Program-made: the position numbers and the translations under genes
The notes under the pieces: generated by a model
Told to the model about the DNA's origin: nothing
Seen by the model: only the letters and a program-made list of their open reading frames with translations
The model's database searches: none
Sequence record: MN709127.1
Strand: one strand, 5' to 3'
DNA length: 64,000 nucleotides
DNA from: Escherichia phage Ec_Makalu_002
Shown here: positions 19,046 through 26,333 of the stretch, piece after piece
How positions within the stretch are numbered: the stretch's first letter is position 1
Layout: every line of letters starts with the position of its first letter

Positions 19046-19074
19046 ATTGTAGGGGAGTTATCCTCCCCTGTCAA
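19046..19074 (-). promoter_or_regulatory. sigma70-like early promoter for the 19005-16950 operon (TTGACA-GGGGAGGATAACTCCCC-TACAAT)
   Basis: -35/-10 at 17-nt spacing; palindromic spacer; conserved leader. Confidence 0.5.
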
Positions 19075-19088
19075 CACTTTTTATAAAA

Positions 19089-19256
19089 TTATTTGTTAAT
19101 TTCTGGTGCGTTGCTAGGATAGTAACCTTCTTTAACTCCGAGGTATTTCGCAACCATCCCTACAATCTTCTGTGCTACTACAATGTCAAATTTCAGATAA
19201 TCTTCGCCGTGGGTTTCAATGATATATGCTTCACATGCTGCTTTAGTCTCGAACAT
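19089..19256 (-). CDS. hypothetical small protein (55 aa), paralog A of the 22372-22539 gene
   Basis: Hand-translated MFETKAACEAYIIETHGEDYLKFDIVVAQKIVGMVAKYLGVKEGYYPSNAPEINK. Confidence 0.5.
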   Translation of the reverse strand: MFETKAACEAYIIETHGEDYLKFDIVVAQKIVGMVAKYLGVKEGYYPSNAPEINK

Positions 19257-19289
19257 TTTGATTCTCCTATTTCGTTTCGGTATGTGTGT

Positions 19290-19318
19290 ATTATAGGGGA
19301 TCTCCCGATCCCCGTCAA
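19290..19318 (-). promoter_or_regulatory. sigma70-like early promoter (TTGACG-17-TATAAT)
   Basis: Palindromic GC spacer GGGATCGGGAGATCCCC. Confidence 0.5.
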
Positions 19319-19332
19319 CAACTTTTTTAAAA

Positions 19333-19614
19333 TTATTCGTGATTAGTTTCGATATTGTGCATTTTGCACCAGTTCAGCCAATCGCCAAGATCTTGATAGT
19401 TGATGCTTTTATCTGCTGCCATCGTTTTTGTCTTGATACCCATATGTGCGTTATGAGTAAGCATTTTTACAGTGAACTCAATTTTATCGCCTTTAGCTTT
19501 AACATCAACCAGTTTGGTCCACTGGCTACCAGCACCGCGAATGTTCATACCAACGATGTTTCCGATGTATGCTTCTTTGTTGTTCAGGATTTCGGTTGCT
19601 TTGATGAATTTCAT
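19333..19614 (-). CDS. hypothetical protein (93 aa)
   Basis: ORF track; ATG, RBS, own promoter. Confidence 0.5.
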   Translation of the reverse strand: MKFIKATEILNNKEAYIGNIVGMNIRGAGSQWTKLVDVKAKGDKIEFTVKMLTHNAHMGIKTKTMAADKSINYQDLGDWLNWCKMHNIETNHE

Positions 19615-19647
19615 TTTTGATTCTCCAGTTCGTTTCGGTATGGGTGT

Positions 19648-19676
19648 ATTATGCTATGTTCTTACTTTGGTGTCAA
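19648..19676 (-). promoter_or_regulatory. sigma70-like early promoter (TTGACA-17-CATAAT)
   Basis: Hexamers at 17-nt spacing upstream of conserved leader. Confidence 0.4.
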
Positions 19677-19684
19677 CAACTTTT

Positions 19685-19954
19685 TTAGATATTTTCAGAA
19701 ATAAATTTTAAAACTTGACGTAAATGTTTCTCATCTTTGATAGTCGCCGGAAGTTCTTCTTTTACTTCCTGTGCAAGATAGATATTTCCGTTCCAAGTGA
19801 AAGACCCGTCTTCGTTTACGCGATAGCTGAACATCCATTCGCAATCATTTTCGATTTCATATACACACAGAAGGGTGTAATCTTCAAAGCTATTGATTTC
19901 AAGGTCGAAGCCGTGGCGTTTTGCAAAGTTGGTAGTGGTTTTAGTCAGTGCCAT
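19685..19954 (-). CDS. hypothetical protein (89 aa)
   Basis: ORF track; ATG and RBS. Confidence 0.5.
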   Translation of the reverse strand: MALTKTTTNFAKRHGFDLEINSFEDYTLLCVYEIENDCEWMFSYRVNEDGSFTWNGNIYLAQEVKEELPATIKDEKHLRQVLKFISENI

Positions 19955-19994
19955 TGTTTGATTCTCCTAAGTGGTATCTCGTTTCGATGGGTGT

Positions 19995-20023
19995 ATTATG
20001 CTATAGGCGTGATCAGGTGTCAA
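19995..20023 (-). promoter_or_regulatory. sigma70-like early promoter (TTGACA-17-CATAAT)
   Basis: Hexamers at 17-nt spacing. Confidence 0.4.
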
Positions 20024-20047
20024 TGCCTTTTTTAAAATTTTATGCAA

Positions 20048-20072
20048 TAAAAAAGCCGACACTAAGGTCGGC
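20048..20072 (-). terminator. rho-independent terminator
   Basis: GCCGACCTTAGTGTCGGC followed by TTTTTTATT on minus strand. Confidence 0.55.
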
Positions 20073-20080
20073 TAATAAAA

Positions 20081-20536
20081 TCATTTAGACAAATAATCAT
20101 TCAGTGCAATCCGGTCGGCATGTTCCGGCGTTACATCAATCGCAATCACTTTAACGCGTGCTTTCTTGCGACCTGGGTTTTCTCGTAACCAGTGCTCATG
20201 ACCGTGAACATTTTTATACTGCGATGCTTCTTCGAAGGTACGGATCGGACCAGGGTAATCAGCGTAAAGGATCTCTAGGTCATCGGTGATGTAAAAATAT
20301 ACGTTGTAATTACTGTTCTCTAGCTTAAGCAGAGACTTTCGGAACATTGGGAGATTTTCGCGGGTAAATTCAAAAGTAATATCTTTCATAGTATTATCCT
20401 CAATAGTTGGATGAAAAGGGGGCTTAACGCCCCATATATTAAAACAGTCCTTCCTGTACACCGTAGTAGAGTTCGTCGCTGATAATTTCATTAATGCGAC
20501 GGTGTGCATATTCCTGATTTGCGAAGTTGTCAGCAA
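20081..20536 (-). CDS. His-motif family small protein, member 1
   Basis: YFYITDDL ... HGHEHW ... VIAIDV; ATG at about 20389 with GAGGA RBS more likely (102 aa). Confidence 0.5.
   Translation of the reverse strand: MLTTSQIRNMHTVALMKLSATNSTTVYRKDCFNIWGVKPPFHPTIEDNTMKDITFEFTRENLPMFRKSLLKLENSNYNVYFYITDDLEILYADYPGPIRTFEEASQYKNVHGHEHWLRENPGRKKARVKVIAIDVTPEHADRIALNDYLSK
20414..20433 (-). terminator. terminator-like hairpin
   Basis: GGGGCGTTAAGCCCC followed by CTTTTC on minus strand. Confidence 0.4.
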
Positions 20537-20726
20537 GTTCTACTTTAGTTTCACCGTCATGAGTCCATTTAGTGATAACTTTACCATCTGCAAATTTGAA
20601 GTTGAACTCTTTAGCTACTGCATCGCGTACCAGACGTGCGAACTTGTTGTTACGGATTGCATTATCGGTTTCGTGTGCAGCGTGAGCAAATTTGTTAACT
20701 TTCAGAGTGATAGTGATGTATGCCAT
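20439..20726 (-). CDS. hypothetical protein (95 aa)
   Basis: ORF track; ATG, RBS, own promoter. Confidence 0.5.
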   Translation of the reverse strand: MAYITITLKVNKFAHAAHETDNAIRNNKFARLVRDAVAKEFNFKFADGKVITKWTHDGETKVELADNFANQEYAHRRINEIISDELYYGVQEGLF

Positions 20727-20772
20727 AATTTGATTCTCCTAGTTAGAAAGTGTATCTCGTTTCGATGGGTGT

Positions 20773-20801
20773 ATTATGCTATACACCCGATCTTATGTCA
20801 A
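20773..20801 (-). promoter_or_regulatory. sigma70-like early promoter (TTGACA-17-CATAAT)
   Basis: Hexamers at 17-nt spacing; palindrome GGGTGTAT..ATACACCC. Confidence 0.4.
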
Positions 20802-20809
20802 CACTTTTT

Positions 20810-21103
20810 TTATAAAATAATTTTTTGATATTTTTCTATGATGTTTGTGTAATCCACATCAACCGCTATCACCGTTGCTTCGAATCCACCGTTTAGCCAA
20901 TGGCTATGGTCATGATCGTGAAAGAAACCAAGACCAGTACGAAGACCTTCTTTATATTCGGCGCGTACATTTAGATCATCATCGATAAACAGATAAAACC
21001 ATGAATTTTTACTAGGATTGATGATACAACCTTTCAGATTAGGGAGAATATCACGACTAAGAATAAACTTATCACCTACTTTGAACATAATATTAGTCCT
21101 CAC
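20810..21103 (-). CDS. His-motif family small protein, member 2
   Basis: FYLFIDDDL ... HDHDHSHW ... VIAVDV; ATG at about 21088 more likely. Confidence 0.5.
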   Translation of the reverse strand: MRTNIMFKVGDKFILSRDILPNLKGCIINPSKNSWFYLFIDDDLNVRAEYKEGLRTGLGFFHDHDHSHWLNGGFEATVIAVDVDYTNIIEKYQKIIL

Positions 21104-21494
21104 TTATAAGGTCAAACCAATTGTTTTTCGCATAATGCTTAATGCGTGCTTGATCTGCTTCCGCTGGTGATAGATTCCATGCAACCACTACAACTTCTGA
21201 CGCGTCGTCATCCGTTTCTGATACCCAATGATTGTGATTCATACAGTTATTTGCGATCGAGTGAGCAAATGATTTCATCACTGGAGACGTATAATCATAG
21301 TAACGGATTTTCAGATTTTCATCAACATACAAGTAGATCGTATAAGGTTTATATTCAGTAACCAGTAACAGACAGTTACGCAATTCTGGGAAAATCTTTT
21401 TAGTTAATTTCATTTTATAATCCTCGGTCGCGGCTATAGTACACGGTACGCCATACAATTTCATGTTTCGTGTCGCTCCAGCACACGATCTCAT
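21093..21494 (-). CDS. His-motif family small protein, member 3
   Basis: IYLYVDENL ... NHNHW ... VVVVAW; ATG at about 21413 more likely (106 aa). Confidence 0.5.
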   Translation of the reverse strand: MRSCAGATRNMKLYGVPCTIAATEDYKMKLTKKIFPELRNCLLLVTEYKPYTIYLYVDENLKIRYYDYTSPVMKSFAHSIANNCMNHNHWVSETDDDASEVVVVAWNLSPAEADQARIKHYAKNNWFDLISED

Positions 21495-21654
21495 TTACTC
21501 TTAAATCTTTGTTATCAACAAAAGATGAACATTGTGACGCTTCTTTCATCATTTTATCTGCTGTTTTCTCATCAAATACAGCACAGATTTCTTTATACAC
21601 TCGATAATCTTTGAATTGACTCTGGATACCCATAATTAACACCATTCCAACCAA
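21415..21654 (-). CDS. hypothetical small protein, tandem paralog of 21593-21850
   Basis: Shared motif FKDY.VYKEI...F(D/A)EK.A(D/E)KMM(K/E)(E/D)AS.C.SF; likely start about 21633. Confidence 0.45.
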   Translation of the reverse strand: MVGMVLIMGIQSQFKDYRVYKEICAVFDEKTADKMMKEASQCSSFVDNKDLRVNEIVCWSDTKHEIVWRTVYYSRDRGL

Positions 21655-21850
21655 TTGTTTTTGAGAAAACGTTTATCCACTGTTGAGTGTAGCATGTTTC
21701 TTTCCATGATACAATACGAGTAGAATAATGGTTTTTGTTTCCAGAAAAGGACGGGCATTTTGATGCATCTTCCATCATCTTTTCGGCGAACTCCGCGTCA
21801 TATACCCGCAGGATCTGTTGATATGCTTTATAATCTTTAAATTTGCTCAT
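21593..21850 (-). CDS. hypothetical small protein, tandem paralog of 21415-21654
   Basis: ORF track; see paralog. Confidence 0.45.
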   Translation of the reverse strand: MSKFKDYKAYQQILRVYDAEFAEKMMEDASKCPSFSGNKNHYSTRIVSWKETCYTQQWINVFSKTIGWNGVNYGYPESIQRLSSV

Positions 21851-22115
21851 AATTGTTAACTACCTTATCAGCTTCTTTTATTGTTTTTACATCAACTGCG
21901 ATAATCCGTAAAGGTTCGTCGAAGGTCCACCAGTGGTCATGAATATCAGCTTGTGATTTATCACCAAAGGAATCACGAATATCATTTTTACATTTATAGC
22001 TAATATGGCCTTCATAGTCAACATAAAGGTAATTATCGAAAATCGGCGTTTTTAAGATCATACCGAAAAATCTTTCTTTGTGTGTCTTATCAAGTGTTGC
22101 AGTAATTCGCATCAT
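21837..22115 (-). CDS. His-motif family small protein, member 4
   Basis: YLYVDYEG ... HDHWW ... IIAVDV; ATG with GAGGA RBS. Confidence 0.55.
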   Translation of the reverse strand: MMRITATLDKTHKERFFGMILKTPIFDNYLYVDYEGHISYKCKNDIRDSFGDKSQADIHDHWWTFDEPLRIIAVDVKTIKEADKVVNNYEQI

Positions 22116-22127
22116 AATATATTCCTC

Positions 22128-22307
22128 TTAGAAAGGGATGGTCATTTCTTGAGCTTGTACATTCTCGTTAGGATTAAACTTCATCCAACCGATATTGTCT
22201 ACCAGCATATGTACATTTTTATCATATCCTACGTGAGTAGTCAACACTAAATGTGCTTTACCTTCAACGATGATTTCCATGTACTTCTGAACTTCGATAG
22301 CTTTCAT
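22128..22307 (-). CDS. hypothetical small protein (59 aa)
   Basis: Hand-translated (MKAIEVQKYMEIIVEGKAHLVL...); RBS GGAGAA; own promoter. Confidence 0.4.
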   Translation of the reverse strand: MKAIEVQKYMEIIVEGKAHLVLTTHVGYDKNVHMLVDNIGWMKFNPNENVQAQEMTIPF

Positions 22308-22339
22308 TTTGATTCTCCGTTTGTTGTCTTGATGGGAGT

Positions 22340-22368
22340 ATCTTACTACTCCCTTTAATCATTGTCAA
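22340..22368 (-). promoter_or_regulatory. sigma70-like early promoter (TTGACA-17-TAAGAT)
   Basis: Hexamers at 17-nt spacing; palindrome GGGAGTA..TACTCCC around -10. Confidence 0.4.
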
Positions 22369-22371
22369 CTA

Positions 22372-22695
22372 TTATTTGTTAATTTCCGGTGCGTTGCTCG
22401 GATAGTAACCTTCTTTAACACCCAGATATTTTGCAACCATTCCGGTGATCTTCTGTGCTACTACGATATCGAATTTCAGGTAGTCTTCACCGTGGTTTGC
22501 TACAATGTATGCTTCGCATTCTGCTTTAGTCTGGAACATTTTTGATTCTCCTATATCTCGTTGGTATGTGTGCATTATAGGGGATCGGTGATCCCCTGTC
22601 AACAACTTTTTATGATTTTTCTTTATATGCGTATTGAATAAATTGGTCCGCCACTTCGTCGGCTTTTTCGGGTTTGACTTCTGACGCCAGGACAA
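22372..22695 (-). CDS. hypothetical small protein, paralog B of the 19089-19256 gene
   Basis: Upstream part of track ORF is read-through of the leader (MHTY..GES); real gene probably 22372-22539 (55 aa, 49/55 identical to paralog A). Confidence 0.5.
   Translation of the reverse strand: MSWRQKSNPKKPTKWRTNLFNTHIKKNHKKLLTGDHRSPIMHTYQRDIGESKMFQTKAECEAYIVANHGEDYLKFDIVVAQKITGMVAKYLGVKEGYYPSNAPEINK
22574..22602 (-). promoter_or_regulatory. sigma70-like early promoter (TTGACA-GGGGATCACCGATCCCC-TATAAT)
   Basis: Consensus hexamers, 17-nt palindromic spacer. Confidence 0.5.
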
Positions 22696-22906
22696 TAGCT
22701 AGATCGGTTTCGTCGTTCCCGTCATACCAATGATTATGAGTGTCTTTTTCTTTGATATAGAATGAGTCATTTGGAGTTGGACGACAATATACGTCTAAAT
22801 TCTCGTCGATGTAAAAGATCCAATCTTCATAAAGAATAACCGTATTAGCAAGGTTCTTATTACCTTCAACGAAAGGTTCGGTTACAAACAAATCAGTACG
22901 TTCCAT
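22610..22906 (-). CDS. His-motif family small protein, member 5
   Basis: WIFYIDENL ... THNHW ... AIVLASEV. Confidence 0.55.
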   Translation of the reverse strand: MERTDLFVTEPFVEGNKNLANTVILYEDWIFYIDENLDVYCRPTPNDSFYIKEKDTHNHWYDGNDETDLAIVLASEVKPEKADEVADQFIQYAYKEKS

Positions 22907-22921
22907 AGTATTTTCCTCAAA

Positions 22922-23083
22922 TTAAGAAAAAGCGTTGAAAACAACCGCCAACACAACTACGTTAGCGATAAGGCTTAAAAAGCATTTCTTGAAACTTTCA
23001 GTGCAGATACCAATACTGGCAGGAATTACACCGATCACGATAGCATAAAGAATAACTGCGATTTCTTGAAATACACCGTTCAT
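22922..23083 (-). CDS. hypothetical small hydrophobic protein (53 aa)
   Basis: Hand-translated (MNGVFQEIAVILYAIVIGVIPASIG...); predicted membrane peptide. Confidence 0.35.
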   Translation of the reverse strand: MNGVFQEIAVILYAIVIGVIPASIGICTESFKKCFLSLIANVVVLAVVFNAFS

Positions 23084-23140
23084 AATATTATCCTCAAAGT
23101 ATGGGAGAGTGTTACCCCTCCCGATGATTGTTATATTGCA

Positions 23141-23473
23141 TCACACAAAATGGCGTGTCAATGCTTCTTTTGCGGTTCCGCTAAGATTCTCGATCTCTCC
23201 TGGCATAACATCAACCGCCAGAACTTCTACAACATCCTCTGTTCCTAACCAGTGAGTATGACCTTTGTAGAACTTGATGCCCATATTGCCTTCTTCGTCC
23301 CATTTAACGCCCCATTTAACGTTATCACTAGCCCACCACACATCACCGTCGATAAAGTTGATGTAAAGCACACTACGCCACATTGAATTAGTTACTTTCA
23401 ATACCGCGCCTTTCATCTCTTCCACGGTGTGGTCTTCCATTTTGAAGACCTCGCCTACCTGAACTTTTGCCAT
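23141..23473 (-). CDS. His-motif family small protein, member 6
   Basis: LYINFIDGD ... GHTHW ... VLAVDV. Confidence 0.55.
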   Translation of the reverse strand: MAKVQVGEVFKMEDHTVEEMKGAVLKVTNSMWRSVLYINFIDGDVWWASDNVKWGVKWDEEGNMGIKFYKGHTHWLGTEDVVEVLAVDVMPGEIENLSGTAKEALTRHFV

Positions 23474-23490
23474 TTAGTCACCTCTCTTTA

Positions 23491-23706
23491 TTACATAACA
23501 ATCACGCCAGCCGTTGAAAGTTGATGTTTCAACTGAGCATTTTCTGCTACTGTCAAATCAATGATTTCTTGTGACGCTGCAATCATATAGCCATTGGTGA
23601 TATTGTTTTGCATCAGTTCAATGGTTTCTTCGTTGTAGCGGATTTTAGCGATGATTTCGTTGAAGTTCATGTTTGATTCTCCTAGTTCGTTTCGGTATGT
23701 GTGCAT
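23491..23706 (-). CDS. hypothetical small protein
   Basis: Track ORF includes leader read-through; likely ATG at about 23670 (59 aa, MNFNEIIAKIRY...). Confidence 0.45.
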   Translation of the reverse strand: MHTYRNELGESNMNFNEIIAKIRYNEETIELMQNNITNGYMIAASQEIIDLTVAENAQLKHQLSTAGVIVM

Positions 23707-23734
23707 TATAGGGGATCTCCCGACCCCCTGTCAA
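23705..23734 (-). promoter_or_regulatory. sigma70-like early promoter (TTGACA-18-TATAAT)
   Basis: Palindromic GC spacer GGGGGTCGGGAGATCCCC. Confidence 0.45.
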
Positions 23735-23747
23735 CAACTTTTTTGAA

Positions 23748-24224
23748 TTATTTTTCTTGATGCTCGCGCTCGTACTTTTCGAAATAAAATTCTACTGGCT
23801 GATCGTGGATTGAAAGCAAGCCAAAGCGTTTAGCCGCACGTAATCCCATGTTACGTTGAATGTACTTCTGGAAGTTCTCGCGTATACACTTACGCCAGTA
23901 TTCTAAGCCCATACAGCTTTTGTAAAGATTGCATTGCACACAAGCCGGATTCATGTTGTCAAGTATATCGTGCTCCGGTTTATGCATTCCTACAACCTTA
24001 TACTTCCACGACCCATCATCATTACGGGCAATTCGTCCATTTTCATCATAGACTACTTTTGAGCGTCGCAATACTGGTTTGATGTGGTCTGCGTGCCAGC
24101 GATCCCCTAGTTCCTCGCCACAATAGGCACAACGTCCACCGTATTTCATTTTCAGGATCTGGCGTTGCTCTTTCTTTGACAATTTTTTAGGTTTAGGGGC
24201 TTTCGCCCCTTCATTATCACACAT
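23748..24224 (-). CDS. HNH endonuclease
   Basis: CAYCGEEL...WHADHIKP...N...CVQCN (HNH with Zn-ligand Cys pairs); 158 aa. Confidence 0.7.
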   Translation of the reverse strand: MCDNEGAKAPKPKKLSKKEQRQILKMKYGGRCAYCGEELGDRWHADHIKPVLRRSKVVYDENGRIARNDDGSWKYKVVGMHKPEHDILDNMNPACVQCNLYKSCMGLEYWRKCIRENFQKYIQRNMGLRAAKRFGLLSIHDQPVEFYFEKYEREHQEK

Positions 24225-25719
24225 CGAATACCTCTTTTACTGTATTTGCAGTGGTCTTGTCGTAGCGAATACGTTTGATGATTGGGAGAAATAAAGAGAA
24301 CTCCGGTTCATCTTCTTTACGTGATTTGCTGCGGATATATCCGTTGCATGTCATCTCAATGACTTTTCCAATCAGGTTATGACGGTCAGCCCATAACATT
24401 TCTCGGTCAAGTTCATTTCGACGATCGAACGGAATTACACGTTCAATACCATCATCACCTTTTTCGGTTGTGGTGTCTGTCAATCCCGATCCGGTGTTAG
24501 TCATCATTCGTCCGCACGCACTACGGACAGTAAAACCGCCTACCTTGTTAGGTTCTTTACTGTGCGGATATACATCAACAATTTCCGCGTCGAAGTCAAT
24601 CACTTCTTTAAATTTAACCTGGTCTTTACTGCGACGATCTTCAAATACACCATGTAAATTTTTAAGGATAATACCTTCTAATCCCATGTTGACATAACGA
24701 TGATATACTTCGCGAGCTTCATCGATATTGTTAACTACAGTATTTTCGATTATCTGAACACGAGGATCGTTAAGTTCTTCAACAATCTGTTTTAGTTCTT
24801 CGAATCGATCTTTATATTGCTTCGTTGCTTTCTCGTTTCCGTAATACACATCACGGTCGATAACATCCCAGACAGTGTAAACAATACATTGGGCTTCTTC
24901 TTTTGGAATAGTTCCTTTCAGTGATTTGTTGAGGATACCATTTCCGGTCTGACGGTCTGCAACAACGGATTCTTTCACTGCTTCCGCTACTGGCGTTAAT
25001 GGCATTTCCTCTTCTTCAAATATCCATGATAGAGTACCATCATAAACGCTCTCAACGAAGTTCTGCGCTGGTGTTTGAGAAAGGGTAGGCATATATACCA
25101 ACTCACCATCTAAAACAATTCCACGGCCTCGTAGACGCTCTAAAACAGCAAACAAATCATCCAGCCCCTGATAGGTATTACCTGAACGGGTATAGATTGC
25201 TAATGTTTCTCCGTCAATATCAGCCATACCACGAGCGCCATCGCTTTTAAGTTGTGCATACGCCGGATATTTGATATTGGCAATAGTCTTATCAGAACAT
25301 GACGATGCAAGGTGGCACGGCTGCTGAGGAATCAGCTTCTTCCATACCTTGTTTGCGGTGGTAGCGGAACAACCGCATTCCAGATCACGATTCAGGACCA
25401 TCATTGCAACTTTAGCATCATCTTCTGACAAGCAAGTCAGAGTATCGGTAACTAGCTGTAATGCAGCATTACCAGTTACTTGACGCGTGGCAAGTTTATT
25501 TTTAAAGACCTGTAATGCACCGGATAAAGACAATACAGACGAATAGCGAGACGGTTTATCGTATTTCTTTACGCCAAACGTAACCTGCTTGCAATATGCC
25601 AGATAAAAGCATTCTTTCAGCGTTTCATTGCTTGCAGATTCTTTCAGGATCTTTTCTTTCAGCGATGTTTTGTCAGTAGCTGCAAGCTGATTAATGATAT
25701 TAAGAATTGACATTTTCAC
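24217..25719 (-). CDS. 30: ATP-dependent DNA ligase gp30
   Basis: AQLKSDGARG adenylation motif with catalytic Lys; aligns with remembered T4 ligase; ATG at about 25713 likely. Confidence 0.9.
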   Translation of the reverse strand: MKMSILNIINQLAATDKTSLKEKILKESASNETLKECFYLAYCKQVTFGVKKYDKPSRYSSVLSLSGALQVFKNKLATRQVTGNAALQLVTDTLTCLSEDDAKVAMMVLNRDLECGCSATTANKVWKKLIPQQPCHLASSCSDKTIANIKYPAYAQLKSDGARGMADIDGETLAIYTRSGNTYQGLDDLFAVLERLRGRGIVLDGELVYMPTLSQTPAQNFVESVYDGTLSWIFEEEEMPLTPVAEAVKESVVADRQTGNGILNKSLKGTIPKEEAQCIVYTVWDVIDRDVYYGNEKATKQYKDRFEELKQIVEELNDPRVQIIENTVVNNIDEAREVYHRYVNMGLEGIILKNLHGVFEDRRSKDQVKFKEVIDFDAEIVDVYPHSKEPNKVGGFTVRSACGRMMTNTGSGLTDTTTEKGDDGIERVIPFDRRNELDREMLWADRHNLIGKVIEMTCNGYIRSKSRKEDEPEFSLFLPIIKRIRYDKTTANTVKEVFDV

Positions 25720-26179
25720 CTCGTTTTGTTAAACGTTCACGAATATCGTTTAGGATACTACAAAATTCCGATTCGGTCAATATGGTCTTTAACGGATCAG
25801 TTCCACCTATGCTATGACGCAATTTCTTATTTCCGGTAGCGAGCAATGCTTTACAAAAATCTGGGTTATTTCGTGCCATCGTAACAAATGCCAGATGTAC
25901 CAGTCTGTAATAATGCTCACTCATTCGATGAATCGGGCGACCCTGAAAATATAGCATGTGATTCTCTATCTTTTCAGTCCTTCCGGTTCTTTTTGCTTTG
26001 CAGCCGTGCATCAAAAAGATTTCTCTTTGTCTCTGAGGGTTCTTAAATCTTAGCCCCTGTAAAAATCCTTCTGTGCTGTTAATATCGCAACCAAATAGAC
26101 GGAATGGCCTTTTATTGAAATTACTCAACTCGCCAGATGGATAAGGTCCACCCGCATAGATATCAATTTCAGAAGTCAT
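25700..26179 (-). CDS. NADAR-domain (YbiA-like) protein
   Basis: GELSNF...P...STEGF.QG.RF and ALLATGNKKL resemble remembered E. coli YbiA; 159 aa. Confidence 0.6.
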   Translation of the reverse strand: MTSEIDIYAGGPYPSGELSNFNKRPFRLFGCDINSTEGFLQGLRFKNPQRQREIFLMHGCKAKRTGRTEKIENHMLYFQGRPIHRMSEHYYRLVHLAFVTMARNNPDFCKALLATGNKKLRHSIGGTDPLKTILTESEFCSILNDIRERLTKRGENVNS

Positions 26180-26333
26180 TGAAACTAATCTCGCTAATCA
26201 GAGAGAACGGATCATAATCGTCATGAGGAATATCGATAGTAATCGAGTGAGGATTTACCCATACACCAAACTGGTCTTCTTCGGTGAATACTTCGGTATG
26301 GATTTCGTGGATGTTTACATTCATAGTTTTCAT
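26169..26333 (-). CDS. hypothetical small protein (54 aa)
   Basis: Hand-translated (MKTMNVNIHEIHTEVFTEED...); overlaps start of downstream gene by about 11 nt. Confidence 0.3.
   Translation of the reverse strand: MKTMNVNIHEIHTEVFTEEDQFGVWVNPHSITIDIPHDDYDPFSLISEISFNDF

Noticed and set aside
22372-22695. N-terminal extensions of several track ORFs (22372-22695, 23491-23706, 58471-58776, 59149-59481, 59488-59736) beginning MHTY...GES or similar
   Set aside because: These residues are the translation of the conserved 5' leader and promoter region; the true starts are the internal ATGs preceded by GGAGA-type RBS.
16660-23740. Possible CRISPR array suggested by regularly recurring GC-rich palindromes
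   Set aside because: Repeat units are promoter-leader cassettes of variable sequence and spacing, each followed by a protein-coding gene; no direct repeats of fixed length with unique spacers.
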